Source of the DNA: an uncultured delta proteobacterium
GTDB lineage: Bacteria > Desulfobacterota > Zymogenia > Zymogenales > Zymogenaceae
Assembly: GCA_963735595.1 (NCBI GenBank)
Contig: CAVTLK010000005.1
Location: 480,001 to 544,000 of the forward strand
DNA: 64,000 nucleotides
Reading direction: 5' to 3'
Every line of letters starts with the position of its first letter. The first letter of the stretch is position 1. The notes beneath the pieces are model-generated. The model saw nothing but the letters and a program-made list of their open reading frames with translations. It was not told the origin of the DNA and did no database searches. Shown here one piece after another: positions 47,430 through 57,518 of this stretch. The position numbers were made by a program, and so were the translations under genes.

Positions 47430-49106
47430 TTAAAACTCCAGGCGCACGAAGGCGCCATAGACCGCCTCCCCGTAGGACAGCGGGGGTTCGGGCGAGGCCA
47501 CGGAGAGGAGCCTCACGTCCATCCCGAGGGTGCCGGTTATCCCGCCGGCCGCCAGGAAGACCTGCTCCAACCGGGCCTCGAACCCGTGCTCATAGAGGTC
47601 CTCGGCGTACCTGCGCTGATAGAAGATCCCGTCGTAGCGCAGCGACCACCGGGTGGGGTAATCGGAGCCCGGGTTAATGACGGCGGAAATCCCCGCCACG
47701 ACCCGCGGGCCCACGTCCAGGTAGCGCCTGCCGGCCGCGTTGTCGTCTACCGACTCGAGTTTCACCTGGGCCATGAGGTCCGCGGAAAGGGTATAGCGGT
47801 CCGCTTCGTGCCGCCAGCCGAGGGAAAGGGTTACCGTATTGGCCAGGGTGTCAAGGTCAGCCGCCGTCAGGTCGTCGTCGCGTTCCAGGTCATACGCGGC
47901 GCCGAAACGCCACGGCCCCCGTGTGTCGGTCAGGCCGACGTGGGCATAGATGCGCTCGAACGAGACGGTATTGCCGGGGTCGGCGGACCGCTCGGAGGTA
48001 TGCGAGATCGTACAGTCGAGGGCGAGGTTGGTAAAGTGCGAGCCGGGGTCGTACATGAACGGCCGCCAGGTGATCGTAACGGCGGGGTCGCGGGTGACGG
48101 CGTGGTACTCGGTCCCATAGATATCCGTCACCAGGCCCTCGTAATAACGAAAATATGCGGTGGCGGTAAACGCGTCGCTCGGCGTATAGCGCGCCCCGAT
48201 CGACATAGTCTCGCGATCCGCTGAATAGGCGCCCATCGCGCCCACGAACGCCGGGTCCACGCGCTCCCACGCGGCCAGTATCGAGAGCTCGTTCCTGAGG
48301 GGGGTGAACGAGAGGGCGAGCCAGGCGGCGCTCCCCCATTCCGCACTGTCGTCCGATTCCCGGTCGGCAACGGTGCGGCTGACCGCGATTTCGCCGGCGG
48401 CGATCAGTCGTTCGTTCATTAGCGCGAGGCGGCCGGCCGCCGACCAGACGTCGTTGGCGTAGTCGGTCACGGTAGTGCCGGGGTAGAGGTCGGTGATCTC
48501 GGTATGGACGTAGTTTGCCGAGAGCGAGAGGCCGGGCGCGGGGGCGACCTCGACGCGAAGGCCGCCGAAGGCACGGCCGTAGGTATCGGTCTTGGGCCAG
48601 CGGTTGACGCCGCCCAGCGCGGAGAGGGCCAGCCCCTTCGTGGGCGAGAGCGTTGCCGAGGCCCCGAAGAAGGCGTTGTTGAAGGTGTAGTTGGAGTAAA
48701 CGGCCGAGAGGTCGCCCAGGCCGATATCGAAGGTCTCGCCGGTCAGCCTCAGGCGGATTTCGTTTGCCATCCACTCCTCGCCGGGGTTCCGCTGGAGGAG
48801 CGCGTCGCTCGTGTGCCTGCCCCAGAAGGAAAACTCGACCCCGGTGCCGGAGGGAAGCGGTTGAGAAAAGGTAATCCGCAGGTTCTCGTCGTAATGCCAC
48901 GCGTCGCCGGTCTCGGAATCGACGTCCAGCGTGGAGTTGAGGCGGTTACCCCAGACGGATTCGTAATAGACGTCGACCGAGTAGCTCGTGCGGAGATACC
49001 CTCCGCCGGGGAGGTCGCCGGCGTGGGCGGCAGGCACGGGGAGAGCGACGATGCCCAGGGCAAGGAAGAGAAAAGAGGTCGCTAACGTGGAGATAAATTC
49101 CCTCAT
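47430..49106 (-). CDS. Putative outer-membrane beta-barrel protein
   Basis: Signal peptide, amphipathic beta strands rich in Y/W/G, C-terminal YGAFVRLEF. Confidence 0.65.
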   Translation of the reverse strand: MREFISTLATSFLFLALGIVALPVPAAHAGDLPGGGYLRTSYSVDVYYESVWGNRLNSTLDVDSETGDAWHYDENLRITFSQPLPSGTGVEFSFWGRHTSDALLQRNPGEEWMANEIRLRLTGETFDIGLGDLSAVYSNYTFNNAFFGASATLSPTKGLALSALGGVNRWPKTDTYGRAFGGLRVEVAPAPGLSLSANYVHTEITDLYPGTTVTDYANDVWSAAGRLALMNERLIAAGEIAVSRTVADRESDDSAEWGSAAWLALSFTPLRNELSILAAWERVDPAFVGAMGAYSADRETMSIGARYTPSDAFTATAYFRYYEGLVTDIYGTEYHAVTRDPAVTITWRPFMYDPGSHFTNLALDCTISHTSERSADPGNTVSFERIYAHVGLTDTRGPWRFGAAYDLERDDDLTAADLDTLANTVTLSLGWRHEADRYTLSADLMAQVKLESVDDNAAGRRYLDVGPRVVAGISAVINPGSDYPTRWSLRYDGIFYQRRYAEDLYEHGFEARLEQVFLAAGGITGTLGMDVRLLSVASPEPPLSYGEAVYGAFVRLEF

Positions 49107-49229
49107 ATCTTCCGCGAGGAGATAGGTCCTTGTATATTTAAAAAGTTATCGTCACATCTCTGGCCCATCATGGAAATAGTCGCCTATAATCGAGCCAATA
49201 TATGTGAGTAAATGACTGTCTTTGCCGTT

Positions 49230-51911
49230 TCATGTTAAAAACTCAATCCTCAGCGTCTCGTCCGGCATAAGCGTTACCGGTGTATCCAGCACCACGAGCG
49301 CGCCGCCACCATCGACCGGCTCGATATGCCCCGAAAGTGCAATGTCCCCCTTCGTGATCGTCGCACTGCCCGCCGTGCCCCCGATCGCCCCTAGCGAGAG
49401 CCGCTGTATCTCCAACCTCGCGTACAGGACCGTCAGCTCCGCCCGCACTTTCCCCTTTTCCACCCGCTGGGTAAACGTCCCCCAGCCCGTGCCGGTAGAC
49501 CAGAAGGTCTTAAAATCGTCCGCGCTCACCTTCGGGGCAAAGCCGTAGGCCTTTCCCGGCGCGTCGAAGGTAAAGCCCGAGAGCGCGATCACCAGCCCCC
49601 AGTTGGCCATCGCCCGGATATAGTGGTTGCCGCACTCGACCTCGTTAAAGGGATTTCGGTATCTCCCGTCGTAGCGCATCCTGATGCCTTTGACAATGGA
49701 GAGCCCCTCGTCGACCATCCCCTCGCCGATCAGGTGGACGGCCACCTGGTATTCGAAGCCCGTCATGACCTCGTCGGCATAGACGAAGGGCAGGCGCGGC
49801 CTGCCGCCGTCGGGCCAGGTGCAGATGATCAGCCCCGGCTCCCCCTCCGTGGCGAAGACCCGCTCCGGGTTGATGTGCCCGGCGAGGTCGGCCCGCCAGT
49901 TGTAGCGGAAGACCGAGGCAAGGGCCGTCTTGACGTTTGACTCGTCAAAGAGGTATCCCAGCCCGAAGAGGCGCACCAGCGCCTGCCCAAAGAGCTGGTC
50001 CGACAGGCAGCCTGTCCCGTACTGGTACTTGGGGTTGCCCTGTTCGTCCTTATCCTGGCCGCCCATGCTGACGTCCGTGGCGACGGGAGAGAGCCGGTCG
50101 GCGTCCGGGTCGATCCGCTGGACGTAGTAGCGGCCGTTGAAAAGCTCGGCGTCCATCCAGGCCGCCCCGCGCCGGGCCAGCGCCTCGTACCCGGCGGCGG
50201 TATCCCCCTCCCCCATGACGCGGGCCATCCGGGCGCCCGCGACCAGCGCCCCGGCATAGAGGCTTCCCATCATGGTGTTGGGGCCGTAAAACTCGATGTC
50301 ATACGTATTGTGCTGGAGACCCTCCATCACCCCGTCCCTGTCGGCGTCCCAGTATTTCCAGGCGTATTCGAGGGACTTTTTGACCGAGGGCCAGAGGCCG
50401 GCGAGCCAGTCCCGGTCGCCGGTCAGCATGTAGTCCCGGTATATCCGCATGACCCCGCCCATCTGGCCGTCGGCCGCCGGATGAAAGACCTCCCCTAATC
50501 CCGCCGTCCCTCCCAGGGCGGCCTCGGCGGCCTTCATCCCCAGCGGGACCGAGATCCGAAACGCCATCCGGCCGTCGTCGGCCATGCTGTAGCGGTACTC
50601 GGCCTCCCGCATGGAGCGCTCGAGCGTCGGGAAGAGGAAGGCGAGCGTCTGGGCGTAGTTCCAGACATGGGTGCAGGAACCCTCGCAGCAGCCGTCCCCG
50701 CAGTGGCAGCCCTCGAACGAATAGAGGGTGCCGTCGGGCAATACGATGCAGGTGGTGGAGCGGATCGTGGAAATCTGGCTCGATACGGCGTCGAGCACGT
50801 AGTCGGGCAGCGTCGAGGAGAAGAGGGCGTCGGAAAAACGCCTGGTCGCCGCCAGCAGCCGGCCGTGGTGCTCGGCAAGGTATACCGCGGCGGTAAAAGC
50901 GTCCGGAAAGCGTTGGGCGTAATGGTTTTGCCAGCGCGGCTTTTCCGTCACGGGCGCGCCGTCCGGACCCGTCCCGGTCACGTCCGGCCGCCAGTATCCC
51001 TCCATCGTGGGAAACGACCATGTCACGAAAAGCGGCAGCGTCACGGTCTCCCCCGGACCTATCGTTGTCTTCATCCCGAGCGTCGCGATGTCGCCGGCCA
51101 GCGGCGGGTAGGTCCGGTCGACGACATCGCCCGCGGGCTGCACCTCGTCCCAGAATGTCAACAGGTTCTCGAACCAGGCCCCCCGCGCCCAGGCCCGCGT
51201 GTAGGTAACGTCCGCGTGCGGGGTGAACATCCCCATGGACCCCCACCGGGGCGATTCGGGCTTCTTTTTCTCGGAGGCCATGTTTATCCCCCGCACCCCG
51301 TCGCGCTCCACGAATTCGTTGTAGTTGGTGAAGTCCCCGTCCACGCAGTTGTGCATGTTGAAGAGCACCGTCGCCGAAACCGGGACGGCCCTGGGGTTTT
51401 TCAGCTCAAAGAGGAAGACCGCGCCGGGGATGGAGCTGTCCTCCACGTTGTGGGGGACGAGCGGGTTATAGGCCGTCAGCGTCACCTCGAGCGGCATATC
51501 CGGGTCGGTGAACTCGATCCCGGCAAAGGGGTAACGGCCGGTGAAGGACGCCCGCTTCATGTGAGGCAGTCCCAACCCGGTGAGCCGGTTGGCCCCGAAA
51601 CCGGACCCGGAAAAGAGGCCGGGGCCGGAGCCCGCGAGCATCCGCATCGGGCGCTCGGCAAGCACTTTTACGACGGGGTCCTTGCCCTGTTCCCGCGCCC
51701 AGAGGGTGAAGAAGGAAAAGGCGTTGATACTCCCCTTGTTGGGCCGGTTCTGGATCTCCCAGTCGACCAGCTGGCCCCGGCCGGTCAGGGCTATCGTGCC
51801 GGTGCCGATGCCCCCCAGCCCAAAGGCGATCTCGTCCAGGTACCGGCCCTCTTTCGGGGCGGGGGGCCCGAAGGTCATGAGGTCTTTTTTCGGATAGGGT
51901 TTTGCGTCCAC
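49230..51911 (-). CDS. Glycoside hydrolase family 116 (non-lysosomal glucosylceramidase-like)
   Basis: GLGGIGTG, YSFEGC..GSCTHVWNYAQ, QHNTYD, GCLSDQ, ECGNHY.RAM. Confidence 0.9.
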   Translation of the reverse strand: MDAKPYPKKDLMTFGPPAPKEGRYLDEIAFGLGGIGTGTIALTGRGQLVDWEIQNRPNKGSINAFSFFTLWAREQGKDPVVKVLAERPMRMLAGSGPGLFSGSGFGANRLTGLGLPHMKRASFTGRYPFAGIEFTDPDMPLEVTLTAYNPLVPHNVEDSSIPGAVFLFELKNPRAVPVSATVLFNMHNCVDGDFTNYNEFVERDGVRGINMASEKKKPESPRWGSMGMFTPHADVTYTRAWARGAWFENLLTFWDEVQPAGDVVDRTYPPLAGDIATLGMKTTIGPGETVTLPLFVTWSFPTMEGYWRPDVTGTGPDGAPVTEKPRWQNHYAQRFPDAFTAAVYLAEHHGRLLAATRRFSDALFSSTLPDYVLDAVSSQISTIRSTTCIVLPDGTLYSFEGCHCGDGCCEGSCTHVWNYAQTLAFLFPTLERSMREAEYRYSMADDGRMAFRISVPLGMKAAEAALGGTAGLGEVFHPAADGQMGGVMRIYRDYMLTGDRDWLAGLWPSVKKSLEYAWKYWDADRDGVMEGLQHNTYDIEFYGPNTMMGSLYAGALVAGARMARVMGEGDTAAGYEALARRGAAWMDAELFNGRYYVQRIDPDADRLSPVATDVSMGGQDKDEQGNPKYQYGTGCLSDQLFGQALVRLFGLGYLFDESNVKTALASVFRYNWRADLAGHINPERVFATEGEPGLIICTWPDGGRPRLPFVYADEVMTGFEYQVAVHLIGEGMVDEGLSIVKGIRMRYDGRYRNPFNEVECGNHYIRAMANWGLVIALSGFTFDAPGKAYGFAPKVSADDFKTFWSTGTGWGTFTQRVEKGKVRAELTVLYARLEIQRLSLGAIGGTAGSATITKGDIALSGHIEPVDGGGALVVLDTPVTLMPDETLRIEFLT

Positions 51912-52072
51912 GGCGGGCCTCGTATGGGATTTCGGCCACTATATCATAGAACGCCCCGATCTTACCCCCAATTTTTTGGGGTCGGAAAAAATCCTTGAAT
52001 ATCGGGACTCTATCGGATACAATCGGAAAAACACACGCGTACCGGGGAACTCCTCGGAAGGTGAATAAACCG

Positions 52073-53707
52073 ATGAAAAAGCTGCTCGGCGCCGATATAT
52101 TGATCCAGGCCCTCCTGTCCGAGGGGGTCACGGTCGCCTTCGGGTATCCCGGCGGGGCGATTCTGCCCCTTTACGACCGGCTGTGCGACAGTCCCATCCG
52201 GCATATCCTGGTGAGGCACGAGCAGGGGGCGGCCCACATGGCCGACGGCTACGCCCGGGCCTCGGGGGGCGTCGGCGTGGCGATCGCTACCAGCGGCCCC
52301 GGCTCCACCAACCTCGTCACGGGGCTCGCCACCGCCTATCTCGACTCTTCGCCTGTCGTGGCGATCACCGGCCAGGTAGAGCGCCGCTTCATCGGGACGG
52401 ACGCCTTCCAGGAGGTGGACATCGTCGGGATCACCATCCCCATCACCAAGCACAACGAGCACATCATGTCGGCCGGCGATATCTTCGGCGCGGTCAAGCG
52501 CGCCTTTTATCTTGCCCGAAACGGCCGGCCCGGCCCGGTGCTCCTCGATATCCCCAAGGACGTGCTGGAGGAAGAATCACCCTTCGACCCGCGCCAGGAG
52601 GTGGCCATCGAGGGCTTCAACCCGATCCTCGAGGGGCACGGGGGCCAGATCAAGCGGGCGGCAAAGCTGCTGGCCCAGGCCAAATCCCCGGTCATCGTGG
52701 CCGGCGGCGGGGTGATCCGGTCGCGGGCGACCGACGAGCTGCTCAGGCTCTCGCGTCTTCTGGGGGCGCCGATCCTCACGACGCTCATGGGTAAATCGGC
52801 CGTGCCGCAGGACTTCGAATACTACCTCGGCATGATCGGGATGCACGGCAGCCGCACGGCGGTCCAGACCCTTCAGGGCGCCGACGTCATCGCGGCGGTG
52901 GGGGCGCGTTTCGGCGATCGGGCGGTGTTGTCCTATAAGAAATTCGAGAAGCTTGCCCGCTTCATCCAGATAGATATCGACCCGGCCGAGATCGAAAAGA
53001 CCGTCGAGGTGGATATCCCCATCGTCGGGGACGCCAGGAAGGTCCTGCACGAGATAAACAACCGGCTGGAAAAGGAAGAGGGAACGATAGCCGTGCGGGA
53101 GGCGCCCGAGGCGCGGTTGGAGCGATATGACGGGTCGGGGCCGCTTTCCACCCCCGCGGTGGTGCAGGCGCTGTCGGACCGGGGCGAGGACTCTATCATC
53201 GTCACGGACGTGGGGCGCCACCAGATATGGGCCGCAAAGTACTATAACAGCCCGCGGCTCCCCCTCGGCCTCTTCATAACCTCGGGGGGATTGGGGACGA
53301 TGGGCTTCGGGCTGCCCGCCGCCCTCGGTGCAAAGATTGCACACCCCGACAAAAAGGTCGTCCTGATCACGGGTGACGGGAGCTTTCTCATGAACATCCA
53401 GGAGCTTGCCACATCGAGTCACCACGCCATCCCGGTCGTGGCCGTCGTGATGAACGACCGTCACCTCGGCATGATCCGCCAGCTCCAGGACACCTTCTAC
53501 AAGGCCAAACACGTCGAGTGCACCTTCCCGCCCGACGTGGACTACGTCGGCCTGGCGCGGGCCATGGGGCTTGACGGGACGAGGGTTACCGATATCGGAC
53601 AGGTTGGAGAGGCCGTAGAGAAGGGGCTTTCCTCCGACCGGACCTTTGTCGTGGAGTGCATCATCGAGTCCCAGGAAAATATCCCGTACCAGTCGTACGA
53701 CGAGTGA
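52073..53707 (+). CDS. ilvB: Acetolactate synthase large subunit
   Basis: FGYPGGA, RHEQGA, TSGPG, DAFQE, DVGRHQ, GDGSFLMN. Confidence 0.93.
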   Translation: MKKLLGADILIQALLSEGVTVAFGYPGGAILPLYDRLCDSPIRHILVRHEQGAAHMADGYARASGGVGVAIATSGPGSTNLVTGLATAYLDSSPVVAITGQVERRFIGTDAFQEVDIVGITIPITKHNEHIMSAGDIFGAVKRAFYLARNGRPGPVLLDIPKDVLEEESPFDPRQEVAIEGFNPILEGHGGQIKRAAKLLAQAKSPVIVAGGGVIRSRATDELLRLSRLLGAPILTTLMGKSAVPQDFEYYLGMIGMHGSRTAVQTLQGADVIAAVGARFGDRAVLSYKKFEKLARFIQIDIDPAEIEKTVEVDIPIVGDARKVLHEINNRLEKEEGTIAVREAPEARLERYDGSGPLSTPAVVQALSDRGEDSIIVTDVGRHQIWAAKYYNSPRLPLGLFITSGGLGTMGFGLPAALGAKIAHPDKKVVLITGDGSFLMNIQELATSSHHAIPVVAVVMNDRHLGMIRQLQDTFYKAKHVECTFPPDVDYVGLARAMGLDGTRVTDIGQVGEAVEKGLSSDRTFVVECIIESQENIPYQSYDE

Positions 53708-53725
53708 TGATAGAGGAGCCTGACC

Positions 53726-54244
53726 ATGCAAAAGATCATCTCTATTCTCGTGGAGGATAGGCCCGGCGTCCTCATGCGGATTGCCGGCCTCTTCTACCGA
53801 CGGGGCTTTAATATAGACGCCCTGTCGGTGGGCAGCACCGAGATACCCGGCAAGAGCCGCTTTACCATCACGGTAAACGGCGACGAGGGCGTCCTCGAGC
53901 AGGTCAGGAAACAGGTGCAGAAGCTGCTCAACGTCCACCGCACCGCCGAGCACGACAGCAAGAACTCGCAGCTCAGGGAATACGCGCTGATCAAGATAAA
54001 CTTCACCGAAAACACCAAGACCGAGATCATACACCTGGTCGATTTCTTTCGGGGCCGGGTTATCGACATCTTCGACGGGGCGGCCATCATCGAGATCGCC
54101 GAGGAGGAACCCCGCGTCGACGCCTTCATAGAGCGGCTCATCCCGTATGGGATTATCGAGTCGGTGAGGACCGGGAAGGTATCCATGTACCGCGGCAAGA
54201 AGTCGCTGTCGGCCCCCACGAAGGTGATCAAGCTGGCGGGGTAA
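53726..54244 (+). CDS. ilvN: Acetolactate synthase regulatory subunit (copy 1)
   Basis: VEDRPGVLMRIAGLFYRRGFNIDALSVG, YGIIESVRTG. Confidence 0.9.
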   Translation: MQKIISILVEDRPGVLMRIAGLFYRRGFNIDALSVGSTEIPGKSRFTITVNGDEGVLEQVRKQVQKLLNVHRTAEHDSKNSQLREYALIKINFTENTKTEIIHLVDFFRGRVIDIFDGAAIIEIAEEEPRVDAFIERLIPYGIIESVRTGKVSMYRGKKSLSAPTKVIKLAG

Positions 54245-54297
54245 CGATCGGGCCTTCTATGCCCCCGGCAAGAGGCACGGGGGTTAAGGAAAAAGCA

Positions 54298-54849
54298 ATG
54301 GACAAAAAATTAGACCGGATCCTTCGGATCTACCCGAAAGAAGACGAAAAGGAATATACGCTCTACATCCTTTGCGAGAACAAGCCCGGCGTGACGGCCA
54401 ACGTCAGCAACGTTATCTCCCGGCGCGGCTTCAACATCACGTCGTTTATCGGCGCCGGCACCATGACCGACGACGTCTACAAGATCATCATCAAGCTCTA
54501 CGCCACCCCCACGGGCCTGAAAGGGATCGTCAAACAGCTCGCCAAGCTCATCAATATCATCGAGGTCAAGAACTCCATGTCCGATGAGTTCGTCGAATAC
54601 GAAATGGTCCTGGTGAAACTGACCTACAGCCCCGAAAACCACGGCGATATCTTCCAGGTCGTCAACCACTACTACGGCGAGATCGTGGACCTCACCGACG
54701 ATAAGCTGACCGTGGCCTTTACCGGGACGCCCGCCAAGCTCGACACGATCCTGGCGCTCATCAGGCATTTCGGAATCCGGGATATCGTCAAGTCGGGAAT
54801 CGCCGTCATGAGAAAGCACGAGGAAAACGGTAATATCGGCCCGGCATAG
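54298..54849 (+). CDS. ilvN: Acetolactate synthase regulatory subunit (divergent copy 2)
   Basis: ENKPGV..VISRRGFNI, KQLAKLINI, FGIRDIVKSG. Confidence 0.8.
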   Translation: MDKKLDRILRIYPKEDEKEYTLYILCENKPGVTANVSNVISRRGFNITSFIGAGTMTDDVYKIIIKLYATPTGLKGIVKQLAKLINIIEVKNSMSDEFVEYEMVLVKLTYSPENHGDIFQVVNHYYGEIVDLTDDKLTVAFTGTPAKLDTILALIRHFGIRDIVKSGIAVMRKHEENGNIGPA

Positions 54850-54915
54850 CGCCGGGACGATCCTGTTGGCTGAAACGCCAACCGCGGAAATTGCCCGCTG
54901 AGATACTGACTGCAT

Positions 54916-55749
54916 ATGCAACAAGAAATCCTGATACCCATTCTTATCACCGTGGCAGCCGGGCTATCTACCGGAGTCGGGAGCGTCGCCGCCCTTTTCG
55001 TCAAGCAGTTCAAACACACCTACCTTTCGGTAATGCTCGGCTTTTCGGCAGGGGTCATGCTCTACGTGGCGTTCGTGGATCTCCTGGGAAAGTCGATTAC
55101 AGAGATTGGGCTGGTGACCAGCAACCTCTGTTTTTTTGGCGGAATCCTTGCCATCGCGGTCATCGAACGATTTATTCCACACGCGTACCTGGGTGAAGAG
55201 GATGCGGCGTTCCCGGCCGACGCGCCGGCCGAAAAGATACGGCTTCACCATCACCACGGCGGCCGCCGCTTTCGCGGGGGTAAAACCGCCGATCAGAGGC
55301 GGCTCATGAACGCCGGCCTCATGACGGCCGCCGGGATAGCCATCCATAATTTCCCGGAGGGGATGGCCGTCCTCTTTACCTCGATGCACGACCTGACGAT
55401 CGGGGGATCGCTGGCCGTGGCGATCGCCCTGCACAACATACCGGAGGGGATCGCCGTTGCGATGCCGGTCTATTACGCCACCGGGGACCGGAAGAAGGCC
55501 TTCCTCTATTCGTTTTTTTCGGGCGTGACGGAGCCGATCGGGGCGGTTTTCGGGTATCTTCTCATCGGACCTTTTCTCACCGAACCGGTGCTGATGGGCA
55601 CGCTTTCGGCGGTCGGGGGGATCATGGTCTTTATCTCGTTTGACGAGCTGCTTCCGGTTTCGTTTTCACACGGCGAGGAGCACCTCGCGATAATGGGCCT
55701 CCTGATCGGGATGGCGGTGATGGCGCTGTCGCTGTCAATTCTGATATAA
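54916..55749 (+). CDS. zupT: ZIP-family metal transporter
   Basis: GFSAGVM, IHNFPEG, LHNIPEG, DELLP; His-rich loop HHHH. Confidence 0.92.
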   Translation: MQQEILIPILITVAAGLSTGVGSVAALFVKQFKHTYLSVMLGFSAGVMLYVAFVDLLGKSITEIGLVTSNLCFFGGILAIAVIERFIPHAYLGEEDAAFPADAPAEKIRLHHHHGGRRFRGGKTADQRRLMNAGLMTAAGIAIHNFPEGMAVLFTSMHDLTIGGSLAVAIALHNIPEGIAVAMPVYYATGDRKKAFLYSFFSGVTEPIGAVFGYLLIGPFLTEPVLMGTLSAVGGIMVFISFDELLPVSFSHGEEHLAIMGLLIGMAVMALSLSILI

Positions 55750-55770
55750 GACGCGGGCGGGGTAATTACT

Positions 55771-56544
55771 ATGATATGGACAACGTATCGCCGGCACGTA
55801 CCGGCGCTGGTGATCATGATCATTGCGGCCGGATTGTGGCTCGGGCTTCTGCCCTTTCTGCCCGATCCGTTGACCGTTTATTGCTCGTTCTCAGACAATC
55901 CCGTCTTTGCCACGGAACCGATAACTCCGCTCATCGCGATGTGCGGATTCATGCTGATGTCCCACATTGTCATCGTGTTTATCGACCTATTCTTTATTGC
56001 CCCCGCGGTCCCAGGGTATATCATGGCCTTGGTCGACTGGATCGTGGAGGGATTCACGGCGGTCTTCTATCTTTCTATTCTGGGCGCCGCCGCCGATATC
56101 CTGCCGTGTATCATCGGCCTGGTCGGCGGATACCTCGCGATGCTCGTCGTCCTAGGAGTACTGTATCGAAGGTCAAAGGAATCTGTCGAGGAGGCGGCCA
56201 CACCCCTGTTCAGCTCTCCGTATTTCGAGAGGGTGGCGCCGTCTTTCATGACACGGGTATTCTTTTTCCTTCGGCCAATGTTCCCCCTTTATATCATTAT
56301 TGTACCGGGTGGGATCAGAATCATCGGGGTTCTCTACGACATCACCTATCCCTGGGAACGGATCGCCGAGTTGAAAGAGGGCGCTTTTTTTACGTTCTTC
56401 TCCAACCGGCCCATCAAACTGAACCAGACGTTGAGCAATACCGTGGAGATCCGCCTGAAGGAGCGGAGGAGCTATCCGTTGATATCGGTCGCGGACCGGG
56501 ACCGGTTCCTGAAAACGGCGGCGAATCTGATGGCGGGAAGGTAG
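55771..56544 (+). CDS. Membrane protein (4 TM, DUF1648-like N-terminus, soluble C-terminal domain)
   Basis: Four hydrophobic segments; LPDPL motif after TM1; PWERI..L C-terminal domain. Confidence 0.55.
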   Translation: MIWTTYRRHVPALVIMIIAAGLWLGLLPFLPDPLTVYCSFSDNPVFATEPITPLIAMCGFMLMSHIVIVFIDLFFIAPAVPGYIMALVDWIVEGFTAVFYLSILGAAADILPCIIGLVGGYLAMLVVLGVLYRRSKESVEEAATPLFSSPYFERVAPSFMTRVFFFLRPMFPLYIIIVPGGIRIIGVLYDITYPWERIAELKEGAFFTFFSNRPIKLNQTLSNTVEIRLKERRSYPLISVADRDRFLKTAANLMAGR

Positions 56545-56725
56545 GGCATGCCCGTATCCGCGGCCACAATCCGGCGTAGTTACCCGTTTACCGGACGCCG
56601 GTAACGGCCCGCATAAAGTGGGCAAACTGTGACCTGGATTACGCCCCGTTTGATGCAGATATGCTATTTTGTTGCAAAAGGTATATTTCACAATGATTAG
56701 ATCGTATAGTATGGAGGTAGTGAGG

Positions 56726-57235
56726 ATGAAAAGAAGCGTCCCTGTGTTCTCGTCACTATTTGCCGTTACCCTGTTTTGCCTGATCATCGTCGGCGGAATT
56801 AATACGGCACTGGCTGCCGACGACCTGACTACGGCGTCGGTAAGCGGAAAGTACAGCACCCTGTTGATGACCCTCTACGTGCCCCAGGATCAGGGCTCGT
56901 ACGGTAACTTCAACGACTACGGGTTCTATAGCAGTACATCGTACGCCGGATATACTGGTATTCCGGCGGGCTATTGGGTTTACGTATACCCGAACTGGTA
57001 TGTCTGGAAGAACGTTTCGGCGGGCGGTGGAACAAACCTCGCGAAGGCCTCCGTCAACGGGAAATACTACAACCTGCTTAAAACGATCAACGTCCCCCAG
57101 GATAAGGGCTCTTACGGCGATTTTGACGATTATGGGTATTATTCGAGCACATCGTACGCAGGATATGATAATATCCCGGCCGGCTACTGGGTCTATGTCT
57201 ACCCCGACTGGTACATCTGGGGAAACCAGCGATAG
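56726..57235 (+). CDS. Secreted protein with two tandem 58-aa Tyr/Gly-rich repeats
   Basis: Signal peptide (ALA); repeats at 56834-57007 and 57047-57220. Confidence 0.8.
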   Translation: MKRSVPVFSSLFAVTLFCLIIVGGINTALAADDLTTASVSGKYSTLLMTLYVPQDQGSYGNFNDYGFYSSTSYAGYTGIPAGYWVYVYPNWYVWKNVSAGGGTNLAKASVNGKYYNLLKTINVPQDKGSYGDFDDYGYYSSTSYAGYDNIPAGYWVYVYPDWYIWGNQR

Positions 57236-57267
57236 CTGCGTGGGGTAAAAGCCCGCTCAGAGAGCAG

Positions 57268-57303
57268 AAAACCCCCTTCCTTTATGGAAGGGGGTTTTAT
57301 TTT
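57268..57303 (+). terminator. Intrinsic terminator
   Basis: AAAACCCCCTTCC-N5-GGAAGGGGGTTTT. Confidence 0.8.
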
Positions 57304-57518
57304 CAGTTCACGGGATCACATGCAGTACGCCCGTTCGGGCAGCCAAGTAATAAAAATACGTAATATTTTATTATTGAAAAGAGCCGTCTGAGAGTGTATA
57401 ATCCAACGCCAAAAAGCACCGGTGAGACAGATACCGGGCGACGAACCTGAGCGCCGAATCGTTGGGCAGCATTGCGGACTATCATCTGTTTATTCGGAGC
57501 ATCGACGGATTTACGTAT

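Noticed and set aside
56834..57220. Diversity-generating retroelement TR/VR pair
   Set aside because: Both copies are in-frame in one CDS, differences are not adenine-specific, and there is no reverse transcriptase in the window
57304..57518. Riboswitch (glycine or c-di-GMP) upstream of the hybrid kinase
   Set aside because: Only scattered short words match; no coherent aptamer
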